A program made the translations under genes and the position numbers. This document shows positions 44,265 to 52,463 of a DNA stretch of 64,000 nucleotides, one piece after another. The notes beneath the pieces were generated by a model. It did no database searches. It was not told the DNA's origin and worked only from the letters and a program-made list of their open reading frames with translations. Numbering within the stretch: the first letter of the stretch is position 1; each line of letters opens with the position of its first letter. Origin of the DNA: an uncultured Actinomycetes bacterium (GTDB taxonomy: Bacteria > Actinomycetota > Thermoleophilia > Gaiellales > Gaiellaceae); NCBI GenBank assembly GCA_963733015.1, contig CAVTBO010000003.1, positions 44,635 to 108,634 on the forward strand. The letters are read 5' to 3'.

Positions 44265-45217
44265 AGGCCTTCGTCGACGACGCGGCCCTCGTCGAGACCA
44301 GGGCGTTCAACGAGGACCTCAAGCTCCGCCTCGCGCAGATGCCTCCTGTGCACACCGTTCCTCCGGAGCTCGTCCGGCAGGGGAGGCGCGAGGGCAGAAG
44401 CGTGTTCCCGCCGCTCGAGTTCCTGCCGCAAGCGCGGGATATCTTCGTCCCGACGAGGGGCGGCGAGATCCGGCTGCGGGTGCTGGCGCCGGACGGTGAG
44501 GCCGCAGGCGTCTATCTGCACGTCCACGGAGGCGGCTGGGTGCTGGGCGAATGCGACGAGCAGGACGTCAGGCTCTGGTCGCTGGTCGAGGCCACCGGCC
44601 TGTGCGCTGTCAGCGTCGGGTACCGCCTCGCACCGGAGCATCCGTATCCGGCCGCGCCGGACGACTGCGAGGACGCCGCGCTCTGGCTGCTCGAGCACGG
44701 CCCGAGCGAGCTGGGGGTGCCCGAAGTGTTCACGCTCGGCGGGGAGTCGGCCGGCGCGCATCTCTGCGTGACGACCTTGCTACGGCTGCGAGACCGCCAC
44801 GGGACCACGGGCGCGTTTCGCGCGGCGAACCTCGTCTACGGTGGCTACGACCTCACGGGGACGCCGAGCCAGCTCAGCTGGGGCGACCGCTCGTTCATCC
44901 TGTCGACGCCTTCGATGGAGTGGTTCGCGCGAAGCTTCGCCGGAGACCGCAGTTTCGAGGAGCGGCGCGACCCCGACATCTCTCCGCTCTACGCCGAGCT
45001 CCACGATCTGCCGCCCGCGTACTTCTCGGTGGGCGAACTCGACCCGCTTCTCGACGATTCGCTGTTCATGTCGGCGCGCTGGCGGGCCGCCGGGAACGAG
45101 GCGGAGCTTCGGGTCTGGCCGGAGTGCGTCCATGCATTCCTCGCGTTCCCGCTCTGCATCTCCCGCCAGGCGCATGCGGAGCAGCACGACTTCCTGCGTC
45201 AGGCGCTGGCCGACTAG
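44261..45217 (+). CDS. alpha/beta hydrolase, HSL-type esterase/lipase
   Basis: GTGA overlap with thiolase stop; HVHGGGW oxyanion motif, GGESAGA nucleophile elbow. Confidence 0.85.
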   Translation: MKAFVDDAALVETRAFNEDLKLRLAQMPPVHTVPPELVRQGRREGRSVFPPLEFLPQARDIFVPTRGGEIRLRVLAPDGEAAGVYLHVHGGGWVLGECDEQDVRLWSLVEATGLCAVSVGYRLAPEHPYPAAPDDCEDAALWLLEHGPSELGVPEVFTLGGESAGAHLCVTTLLRLRDRHGTTGAFRAANLVYGGYDLTGTPSQLSWGDRSFILSTPSMEWFARSFAGDRSFEERRDPDISPLYAELHDLPPAYFSVGELDPLLDDSLFMSARWRAAGNEAELRVWPECVHAFLAFPLCISRQAHAEQHDFLRQALAD

Positions 45218-45600
45218 CTGAGGACAGCCTGGGTCTGAGTGACCTGTGCGACGCGGCGTTCTTCGGCATCTACGAGGTCGGTCTGGACGACGATGAAGCT
45301 GCGGCCAACATGGAGCGGACGCGTCACCCCCTGAACGCGGCCCTCACGGACGGCGCGGAAGAAGTTGGTCTTCGACTCGACCGTGGCCGTCGTCGTTGCG
45401 CCGTCGGGCAGGTTCAGGAACGCGCAGACGCCTCCGAGCGTGTCGGCGAACGCCATCAGCGCCCCGCCGTGCAGCACGCCGGCGACCGTGCATTTCTCCG
45501 GCGCCCAGTCCATTCCGCCGCGAACCTCACCGGGGTCAGCCTGCGTGACCTCGATGCCGAGCGTCCCGGCCAGCGGGGCGACCTCCGCCAGGTTCTCCAT
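45214..45600 (-). CDS. PaaI-family hotdog thioesterase
   Basis: ATG 45600; GVLHGGALMAFADTLGG motif. Confidence 0.8.
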   Translation of the reverse strand: MENLAEVAPLAGTLGIEVTQADPGEVRGGMDWAPEKCTVAGVLHGGALMAFADTLGGVCAFLNLPDGATTTATVESKTNFFRAVREGRVQGVTRPLHVGRSFIVVQTDLVDAEERRVAQVTQTQAVLS

Positions 45601-45611
45601 GGCCGAGGAGC

Positions 45612-46001
45612 TTACGCGGCGGCTTGCGCGGCGGCGCCGCGAGAAACGGCCTCGAGCGAGTTCCCATCGAAGTCGAGGACGCGGGCGGCGTAGTACTCGG
45701 CGTGGTACTCCCGCCGGACGCCGGGCTCCCACTCGGTGCGCGCCCCCGCGGCGATCGCCGTCGCGTAGAACGAGTGGACGGCGCCGGCGTCACGCGCCGG
45801 GAGCGCGATCTCGAGGCGGCCGGCGAGGTCCGACTCGACGACCCAGAGCGAGCTCGGCTCACCCGTTCGACCGAAGTACGCGCGACGCTCGTCCGGCCAG
45901 TCGAGCAGGCAGACGAGACCGAGCGGCGCAAGGACCTCCTCGTAGAACGGCTTGCTCGTGTCGTAGTCGCGGACGAAGACTGTGAGGTGGTCGATCTCCA
46001 T
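45612..46001 (-). CDS. VOC (glyoxalase/bleomycin-resistance) family protein
   Basis: ATG 46001; MEIDHLTVFVRDYDTSKPFYEEVL; 129 aa. Confidence 0.75.
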   Translation of the reverse strand: MEIDHLTVFVRDYDTSKPFYEEVLAPLGLVCLLDWPDERRAYFGRTGEPSSLWVVESDLAGRLEIALPARDAGAVHSFYATAIAAGARTEWEPGVRREYHAEYYAARVLDFDGNSLEAVSRGAAAQAAA

Positions 46002-46007
46002 AGCGGA

Positions 46008-46031
46008 AGAATAGAACGATCGTACTATTCT
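46008..46031. promoter_or_regulatory. 24-bp near-perfect palindrome AGAATAGAACGA/TCGTACTATTCT, probable TetR operator
   Basis: 11 of 12 arm pairs, in 57-bp divergent region between VOC and TetR genes. Confidence 0.55.
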
Positions 46032-46058
46032 GTCAAGCCGTTCTTCTATACTCCGGTT

Positions 46059-46685
46059 ATGGCAGTACTTGAAAAGCAGACGCTCGTGCTGAAAACAAAA
46101 GGCGAGCGGACCCGGCACGCGATCCTGACGCGAGCGGCGGAGCTGGCGACGCAGGAAGGGCTCGAGCCGCTTTCGATCGGTCGGCTCGCGCTCGCCACCG
46201 GCATGAGCAAGAGCGGACTCTTTGCGCACTTCGGATCGAAGGAGGAGCTCCAGCTCGCCACCGTCGACCAGGCGGCGAAGCTGTTCGTCGACGAGGTGAT
46301 CGCGCCGGCCCGCTCCGCCCCGAAGGGGCTGCCGCGGGTCTGGGCACTCTGCGACCACAAGATCGGCTACATGGAGCGCCAGGTGTTCCCCGGCGGCTGC
46401 TTCTTCGCGGCAACCTCCGTGGAGTTCAGCCATCGACCCGGCCCCGTCCGCGACCGGATCGAGGAGATGCTCCGTTCATGGCTCTCGTACCTGGAGCACG
46501 CGGTCGAGCAAGCACAGCAGGCGGGCGAGCTCGACGACGCGCTCAGCGCTCGCGAGATCACGTTCGAGCTCGACGCGTTCGCAGCCTCCGCGAACTGGCA
46601 GTTTCACCTCTTCCGTGATCCGGCGGTCTTCGGCGCCGCCCGGCGTGCCGTGCGCGAGCGCCTCGAAAGCCTGCGCACGGCCTGA
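46059..46685 (+). CDS. TetR-family transcriptional regulator
   Basis: ATG 46059; HTH SIGRLALATGMSKSGLFAHFGSKEELQ. Confidence 0.85.
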   Translation: MAVLEKQTLVLKTKGERTRHAILTRAAELATQEGLEPLSIGRLALATGMSKSGLFAHFGSKEELQLATVDQAAKLFVDEVIAPARSAPKGLPRVWALCDHKIGYMERQVFPGGCFFAATSVEFSHRPGPVRDRIEEMLRSWLSYLEHAVEQAQQAGELDDALSAREITFELDAFAASANWQFHLFRDPAVFGAARRAVRERLESLRTA

Positions 46686-46688
46686 CCA

Positions 46689-48740
46689 CTAGGGAATGAA
46701 GGCGAGGTCCTCCGGTGGCGGGCCGACCATCGGCGTCTCGAAGAACGGAGCAGCCCCGTCCGGGTCGACGACCGTCGCGCCGTCGCTCGCGAAGAACGTC
46801 GCCATCTGGGCCTGAGCAGCGAGCGCGAAGGGCGCCAGCGCGGGGTTCGCCACGGCGCCCAGGAACGAATGCGGGTTCCGCGCCAAGGCGGGATTCGCCT
46901 GGACCGCGAGATCGTGCCTGTACAGCGTCGTCTTCGAGGCAAGGTTGCCGGCGCGGATGATCGCGGAGGTCGTCGGGTTCACGACGGTCTGGTCCCCGCG
47001 TGCGAACTGGAGGATGATCTGCTTGTCCTCGACAAGCGGCGCATACGCCGCAGGATTGGCGGCCTGCTGCGCCCACTCGGAGCGATCGATGTACTGCTGG
47101 ATCGCCGATGCGCCCGGCACTGTGTCGACGACCGGAGGCAGGTTCCGCAGCGGCACGTTCTCCACGAACGACGTGAAGGTTGGGTTGGGGACGGCGTTGT
47201 AGAGCGAGGGGACGCGCGAGATGAGCGCGATTCCGACGAGCGGCCGGAAGCTCGGTGACAGCCGCGCGATCTCACTGATCGGGCCACCGGGGACGTTCGG
47301 CACCCCGGCGTGGAGCTCCCGCTCGAGACCGAGGAACGGCACACCGTAGATCCCGCCGAACGACTGTCCGGCGTAGTAGATCCGGGATCGCTCGAGGTCG
47401 CTCGCGCCGTCTCCGTCCACGTCGACGCCCTGCTCGAGCACGCGGACGAGCTGGATCAGGTCGAAGACCGTCTGGCGCAACCCGTCGCGGTTGTTGACGA
47501 GCGTCTGGGGCGGCGCCGCATTGACGCCCTCGGTCGAGTCGATCGTTCCGTTGCCGTTCTGGTCGATGCCGCGCCCGCCGGCCGGCAGGGTCACCGGCGT
47601 CGCCCCGGACCGCACGACGGTGTACGTGCCGAGCGCGCCGCCGCCGTGCCCGACGACGTTGATCGCGATCGTCGCGATCCCGGAGTGCGCGAACGAGGAT
47701 GCAACCGCCCACGGCACGCCGTTCTTGGAATCGGTGAAGCCGTGCCCGAAGATCGCGACCGGCCAGCCGCCGGCCGGCTTCGTCCCGGCCGGCACGAAGA
47801 GCGTAAACCCGATCTGGTTCGTGCCATGCGGCGTGGGCTTCCCGGTCTTCGTCCCGACGGCGGGAATGACCTTGGCAGCCGTCTGGTAGTCCGGCGACGC
47901 GTACGACCCGAACGCGACGGTGCCCACGGAACCGGGGAACAGCGACAGCACGGGAGTCGGCAGGACCGAGTTCGTGAACGTCGAGGTTCCCGTCTGGCGG
48001 CTCCACTGGATCGCGGCGATCGACGACAAGGGGAAGACCGTGCGCTCGCCGCCGGTCCCGAGCGTGAAGTTCGGCGTCGGGGGCGGGGCCTTCCGGATCT
48101 GCCTCCGGACCTTCTTGGAGATCGCCTCGATGCTCTGCGTCGTGAACAGGCTTGCCCCGACGACCTGGGTCGGGTTCGCGCCGGCGAAGATCGATGCGCC
48201 GAGCGCGAAGAGCAGCTGCGTGCGGTAGGCCTTGGTCGCCGCGGGCTCGCGCGCGAAGAGGTCGCGCCAGAAGGCCGAGCCGTCGACCCGTTGCCCGTCG
48301 GCGCCTCGAATGCCGCGAGTGGCGATGAGCAGGTACCTGGAGTGCGGCTCGAGCTGCGCGTCGCTCTCGACGTGCAGGGTGTTCGCGGCCGGCTCCCAGA
48401 CGATCTGGTTGATCCCGACCCGCCGGCCGTGCGGACCGAGCAGGAACACGGTTTGGCTGGAGACGGTGGCGACGTCGATCGGCCCCGAGAACGGGATCGA
48501 GATGCGCGGCTGGACGTTGAAGCCGTCGAGCGCGTTGAGGACGTCGATGTCGGCGCAGTCCGACGGCCGCGCTGCGCAGTCGGGCTTCGGAAGGTCGACA
48601 CGGAGGCCGGTCAGCTGCGTCCGGTCGGAAGTCGTGAAGAGGTTGCTGGGAAACGGCTGGCCTGCCTTGACTGCGGCAAGCGCGCTTCCAGGAGCGGCGA
48701 GCGAGAGCGCAATCAGACCCGCAGCGAGCACCGAACGCAT
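46689..48740 (-). CDS. large secreted alpha/beta-hydrolase-like protein (putative lipase/esterase) with N-terminal accessory domain
   Basis: Signal peptide; GQSFGG nucleophile elbow; FGHGFT; Asp/Gly-rich DQNGNGTID and DVDGDGASD loops. Confidence 0.6.
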   Translation of the reverse strand: MRSVLAAGLIALSLAAPGSALAAVKAGQPFPSNLFTTSDRTQLTGLRVDLPKPDCAARPSDCADIDVLNALDGFNVQPRISIPFSGPIDVATVSSQTVFLLGPHGRRVGINQIVWEPAANTLHVESDAQLEPHSRYLLIATRGIRGADGQRVDGSAFWRDLFAREPAATKAYRTQLLFALGASIFAGANPTQVVGASLFTTQSIEAISKKVRRQIRKAPPPTPNFTLGTGGERTVFPLSSIAAIQWSRQTGTSTFTNSVLPTPVLSLFPGSVGTVAFGSYASPDYQTAAKVIPAVGTKTGKPTPHGTNQIGFTLFVPAGTKPAGGWPVAIFGHGFTDSKNGVPWAVASSFAHSGIATIAINVVGHGGGALGTYTVVRSGATPVTLPAGGRGIDQNGNGTIDSTEGVNAAPPQTLVNNRDGLRQTVFDLIQLVRVLEQGVDVDGDGASDLERSRIYYAGQSFGGIYGVPFLGLERELHAGVPNVPGGPISEIARLSPSFRPLVGIALISRVPSLYNAVPNPTFTSFVENVPLRNLPPVVDTVPGASAIQQYIDRSEWAQQAANPAAYAPLVEDKQIILQFARGDQTVVNPTTSAIIRAGNLASKTTLYRHDLAVQANPALARNPHSFLGAVANPALAPFALAAQAQMATFFASDGATVVDPDGAAPFFETPMVGPPPEDLAFIP

Positions 48741-48799
48741 GGAACCCCCCTTTGCGTAGACCCGAAGGGCGCGATTCTGACGGACCTACGCTCTCTTTG

Positions 48800-49456
48800 T
48801 CAGGCCGGTTTGAACTCGCTCCAGAGCTCTTCCATCGTGCGCAACCGGTTGACGCGGTGCGCGAGGTCTGCCGGCACGGTGTTGACGGCGCGAACAACCC
48901 AGTCTTCGCCGACGTCGAGAACGTTGATGCAGCCCGGCGCCTGCTCGAAGTTGCCGAGGAACGCGCGGCCCCCGGTCAGGGCGTACGAGAGGATTGCGCG
49001 ATTGACCCCGCCGTGGAGCACGGCGAGGACGACGTCCCAGTCGGTGTCGGCGACCAGCCGGTCGACAGCCGGGATCACCCGGTCGAGCAGCGAACCGACC
49101 GACTCGCCGCCGAGGAACTTCGCCTCCTCGGGAACGACGTCTCGCCAGGCCTCGACGAACGATCGCTCGAGGTCGTCCTCGGGAATGTCGCCGAGCCGGC
49201 CCGACTCGATCTCGCGCAGCTCCGGCCACGACTCGACCTCGGTGTCCGGAGCCACGATTCGAGCCGTCTCGACCGTCCGCGGCAGGCCGCTCGTGATCAC
49301 GCGGTCGAACGAGACCCCGTCAAGCAAGGCGGCCGCCGCCAGGACCTCCTCGCGGCCCTGGGGCGTCAGCGGGACGTCGTGAGGCGGGAGCGGCCGGCCC
49401 TGGTCGAAGTACGCCACCCGTCCGTGGCGCATGAGGTAGATCCGGCGCCGCGTCAC
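48800..49456 (-). CDS. histidine phosphatase (phosphoglycerate mutase) family protein
   Basis: GTG 49456 (GTGA overlap); LMRHGRV catalytic RHG and later LHGG. Confidence 0.8.
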   Translation of the reverse strand: MTRRRIYLMRHGRVAYFDQGRPLPPHDVPLTPQGREEVLAAAALLDGVSFDRVITSGLPRTVETARIVAPDTEVESWPELREIESGRLGDIPEDDLERSFVEAWRDVVPEEAKFLGGESVGSLLDRVIPAVDRLVADTDWDVVLAVLHGGVNRAILSYALTGGRAFLGNFEQAPGCINVLDVGEDWVVRAVNTVPADLAHRVNRLRTMEELWSEFKPA

Positions 49457-49758
49457 TCGTACTTTTCGAGGTAGGCGGGGTTGGAGACCCGGAGCTTTCC
49501 GGCGACGTGCTCCTTCAGGAGTGCGTGCATGCCCTCGTCGACGTCGCCCGCCCGGATCCGCCGCGCAAGCTCGCGAAGCTCGTCCTCGCCCATGTCGTCC
49601 TCTCCCGCCTCGAGCTCACGGCGGGCGATGCCGAGCGCGTTCATGGCCACGAGCGTCCGGAACTTCATGCGGTGGTCGTCGAGTGTCGGGAGCAGCTCTC
49701 CCGAGAGGAACTCGAACACCGCCTCGATCAGCTCGGGTGCGGCGGGGCGATCAGGCAT
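49453..49758 (-). CDS. small DUF6285-like protein (possible kinase partner)
   Basis: 101 aa, helical; 8-nt overlap with kinase gene end; family recalled from synteny with APH-like kinases, unverified. Confidence 0.55.
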   Translation of the reverse strand: MPDRPAAPELIEAVFEFLSGELLPTLDDHRMKFRTLVAMNALGIARRELEAGEDDMGEDELRELARRIRAGDVDEGMHALLKEHVAGKLRVSNPAYLEKYE

Positions 49759-50683
49759 GTTCGATCAGATCGAGGAGCTCGTACTCCATCTCGGCCGCCA
49801 TCCTGCCGAGCACCGCGTACTCGACGCTGCGGTCGAGGCCGGTGAGGTGGCGCCTGCATTGCGTGAGGCACCCGACGCCCCACTTGACGTTGCCGAGCAC
49901 CTCCCACCAGTAGAGCTCGTCCTCGGAGATCGAGCGTCCGGTGAGCTCCGCGTAGCGCTCGAGGTACGGGCCCACCTCGCCGACGCCGCCGAGGCGCCGG
50001 TCGTCCACGCCGAAGCGCCAGGCCCGGACGAGCGGCCACGCGACGTCCTCGCGGGGATCGGAGAGGTGTGCGAACTCCCAGTCGAGGACGGATACGAGCC
50101 CTCGCTCGGAGACGGCGACGTTGCCGAGCCGGAAGTCGCCGTGTGCGACGACGTCGGGAAGCGGCTCGGGCCGGTGCTCCCGCAGCCACCAGAGCCCGTA
50201 TTCGAGGGCCGGGTGAGGGTCGCCGACCGAGTCCAGCTCGTGCTCGAAGCGCGTGACGATGTCGGCAGAGCGGAGGAAGGGCAGGCGCTCCGGCGGAATC
50301 GCGTGGATCTTCGCGAGCTCGTCGGCAAGCTGCGTCTCGAGGCCTGCGGGCGGATCGCGGACGATCCGCCGGCCGATCGTCTCGCCCTCGACGAACTCCA
50401 TTGCGAACGCCTCGCGCCCGCCGAGCTCGCCGAGGTAGGCGACAGGGTGCGGCACACTGACGCCGGTCTCCTCGGCGGCCTGGAGCACCTCGAACTCATG
50501 CTCCAGCGACAGCGTCGCCTCGTGAATCACGCCGCCGAGCGCCCGCCGAACGAGCAAACCGCCCTCGTCCGTCTCGATCGCCCAGGCCTCCTTGGACGCA
50601 CCGCCGGGCAGAAGATGCATAGCCTCGACGCGACGCCCAAGCCGGGCCTCGAGCTCGCCTGCCCAGGGGGCAGGGCCGTTCAA
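49751..50683 (-). CDS. APH-fold phosphotransferase family protein
   Basis: TTG 50683 (TTGA overlap with SDR stop); HGDFRLGNV catalytic loop, VLDWEFA metal-binding motif. Confidence 0.8.
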   Translation of the reverse strand: MNGPAPWAGELEARLGRRVEAMHLLPGGASKEAWAIETDEGGLLVRRALGGVIHEATLSLEHEFEVLQAAEETGVSVPHPVAYLGELGGREAFAMEFVEGETIGRRIVRDPPAGLETQLADELAKIHAIPPERLPFLRSADIVTRFEHELDSVGDPHPALEYGLWWLREHRPEPLPDVVAHGDFRLGNVAVSERGLVSVLDWEFAHLSDPREDVAWPLVRAWRFGVDDRRLGGVGEVGPYLERYAELTGRSISEDELYWWEVLGNVKWGVGCLTQCRRHLTGLDRSVEYAVLGRMAAEMEYELLDLIEHA

Positions 50684-51441
50684 GCCGATTGGCCTCCATC
50701 GACGACGAGGGTGTGGCCGGTCACGTACGCCGAGGCGTCCGAGGCGAGGAAGACGACCGGTCCCTTCAGATCCTCGGGCCCGCCGAAGCGCCGCAGCGGA
50801 ACCCGGCGCACGAGCTCTTCGCCGGCATGTTCGAGCACGAAGTTCGCCATGTCCGAGGGAAACCAGCCCGGCGCTATCGCGTTCACCCGGATGCCATGCG
50901 GCGCCCACTTCCACGCGAGGTCGCGCGTGAAGGCGATCACCCCGCCTTTCGTCGCGTGGTAGACGACCGTGTTCACGATCTCGGGCGGCGCGCCGTGAAG
51001 CCCGGCGACGGACGCGATGTTCACGATCGCTCCTCCGTCACCGCCGATCATCGCTCGCCCGGCTGCCTGGGAGAAGAGGAAGACGCCGGTGAGGTTGACG
51101 TCGACGACCTTCTGCCACCCCTCGAGCGGCATGTCCTCCGGAGTTGCGCCCCACACGACGCCGGCGTTGTTGACGAGGACGTCCACGCCTCCGAAGTCGG
51201 CGACGGTTCGCTCGACGACCGCCGTCACCTGCTCGGGATCGCGCACGTCGCAGCCCAGGCCGAGCGCCTTGACCCCGAGCTGCTCGAGCTCGGCGGCCGC
51301 CTGTTCGCAGCGATCGGCCTGGCGCGCGCAGAGAACGAGGTTCGCGCCCGCTTCGGCCAGGCCCTCGGCCATCTGACGGCCGATGCCCTTGCCTCCTCCG
51401 GTCACGATCGCCGTCTTGCCGGTGAGATCGAACTGCTTCAT
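50680..51441 (-). CDS. SDR-family oxidoreductase (FabG-like)
   Basis: TGGGKGIG, NNAG, YHATKGG motifs. Confidence 0.85.
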   Translation of the reverse strand: MKQFDLTGKTAIVTGGGKGIGRQMAEGLAEAGANLVLCARQADRCEQAAAELEQLGVKALGLGCDVRDPEQVTAVVERTVADFGGVDVLVNNAGVVWGATPEDMPLEGWQKVVDVNLTGVFLFSQAAGRAMIGGDGGAIVNIASVAGLHGAPPEIVNTVVYHATKGGVIAFTRDLAWKWAPHGIRVNAIAPGWFPSDMANFVLEHAGEELVRRVPLRRFGGPEDLKGPVVFLASDASAYVTGHTLVVDGGQSA

Positions 51442-52445
51442 GAGAGAGCCTCCGAGACGACGCGAAGCGTCGCCGAGTCGCGGGTCGAGATCAGGAGCGT
51501 CGTCGCACCGGAATCCTTCCAGGCGGCCAGCCGGTCGCGAATCCGGTCGGGCGGCCCGACAAGCGCAAGCTCGTCGATCAGCCGATCGGGCACGGCCGCG
51601 GCGGCATCGCGCTGCTTGCCGTCCAGGAAGAGGTCCTGGATCTCCTTCGCTTCGGCCTCGAAGCCGAAGCTCGCGACGAGATCGTTGTAGAAGTTCGCGC
51701 CGCGGGCGCCCATCCCGCCGATGTAGAGGGCGTAGTAGGGCCGGAGAACGTCCCGGGCGATCTCCACGTCGTCGATTGCCACCGCCGGTACGGCCGGTGC
51801 GATGTCGAAGCCGTCCCCTCGGGCAAAGGGCGCGGGGAACGTCTCACGGGTGCGCTCGGGCGAGAAGAAGATGGGCAGCCAGCCGTCGGCGATCTCGGCA
51901 GCGAGCTCGACCGACCGGGGCTTGAACACCGCGAGGTAGATCGGAATGTCCGCCCGCAGGGGCCGCGCCATCAGCTTGAGCGGCTTGCCCAGACCCGTCG
52001 CGTTCGGGCCGGTGTAAGGCACCTGGTACTGCGAGCCCTCGTGTTGAACTGTCTCCCGGCGCAGCACTGCGCGAACGATCTCCACGTACTCGCGCATCTT
52101 CGTGATCGGCTTGCCCCAGGGCTGGCCGTGCCAGCCCTCGACGACCTGCGGGCCGGACAGGCCTAGCCCGAGCAGGAAGCGGCCGCCCGACATCAGGTCG
52201 AGCGTCGCGGCCGTCATCGCCGTGTTCGTAGGCGTCCGGGCCGGGATCTGGAAGATCGCCGAGCCGACCTTGAGCGTCGTCGTGGTAGCAGCGAGCCACG
52301 AGAGCACGGTGGCAGCGTCCGTCCCCCACGCTTCGGCCGCCCAGGCGGAGTCGTAGCCAAGCGTCTCGGCCTCCTGCGCGAGCGCCACCAGCTCCGTCGG
52401 GTTCGTCCCGGGCGGCGCGTACCCCATGTAGAAGCCGAGCCGCAC
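51438..52445 (-). CDS. LLM-class (luciferase-like) flavin/F420-dependent oxidoreductase
   Basis: GTG 52445 (VRLGFYMGY...); ATGA overlap with SDR start; TIM-barrel LLM pattern. Confidence 0.75.
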   Translation of the reverse strand: MRLGFYMGYAPPGTNPTELVALAQEAETLGYDSAWAAEAWGTDAATVLSWLAATTTTLKVGSAIFQIPARTPTNTAMTAATLDLMSGGRFLLGLGLSGPQVVEGWHGQPWGKPITKMREYVEIVRAVLRRETVQHEGSQYQVPYTGPNATGLGKPLKLMARPLRADIPIYLAVFKPRSVELAAEIADGWLPIFFSPERTRETFPAPFARGDGFDIAPAVPAVAIDDVEIARDVLRPYYALYIGGMGARGANFYNDLVASFGFEAEAKEIQDLFLDGKQRDAAAAVPDRLIDELALVGPPDRIRDRLAAWKDSGATTLLISTRDSATLRVVSEALS

Positions 52446-52463
52446 GCGTGCGATGCTAACCCG

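Noticed and set aside
47310-49382. 690-aa plus-strand ORF, and similar long ORFs at 2283-3722, 11675-13060, 22460-23782, 25607-26914, 33184-34566, 37082-38764 and 51438-53453 (upstream part)
   Set aside because: All overlap motif-bearing genes on the other strand or in another frame, and all have Arg/Gly/Pro/Asp-biased composition. I treat them as shadow ORFs or over-extended 5' ends.
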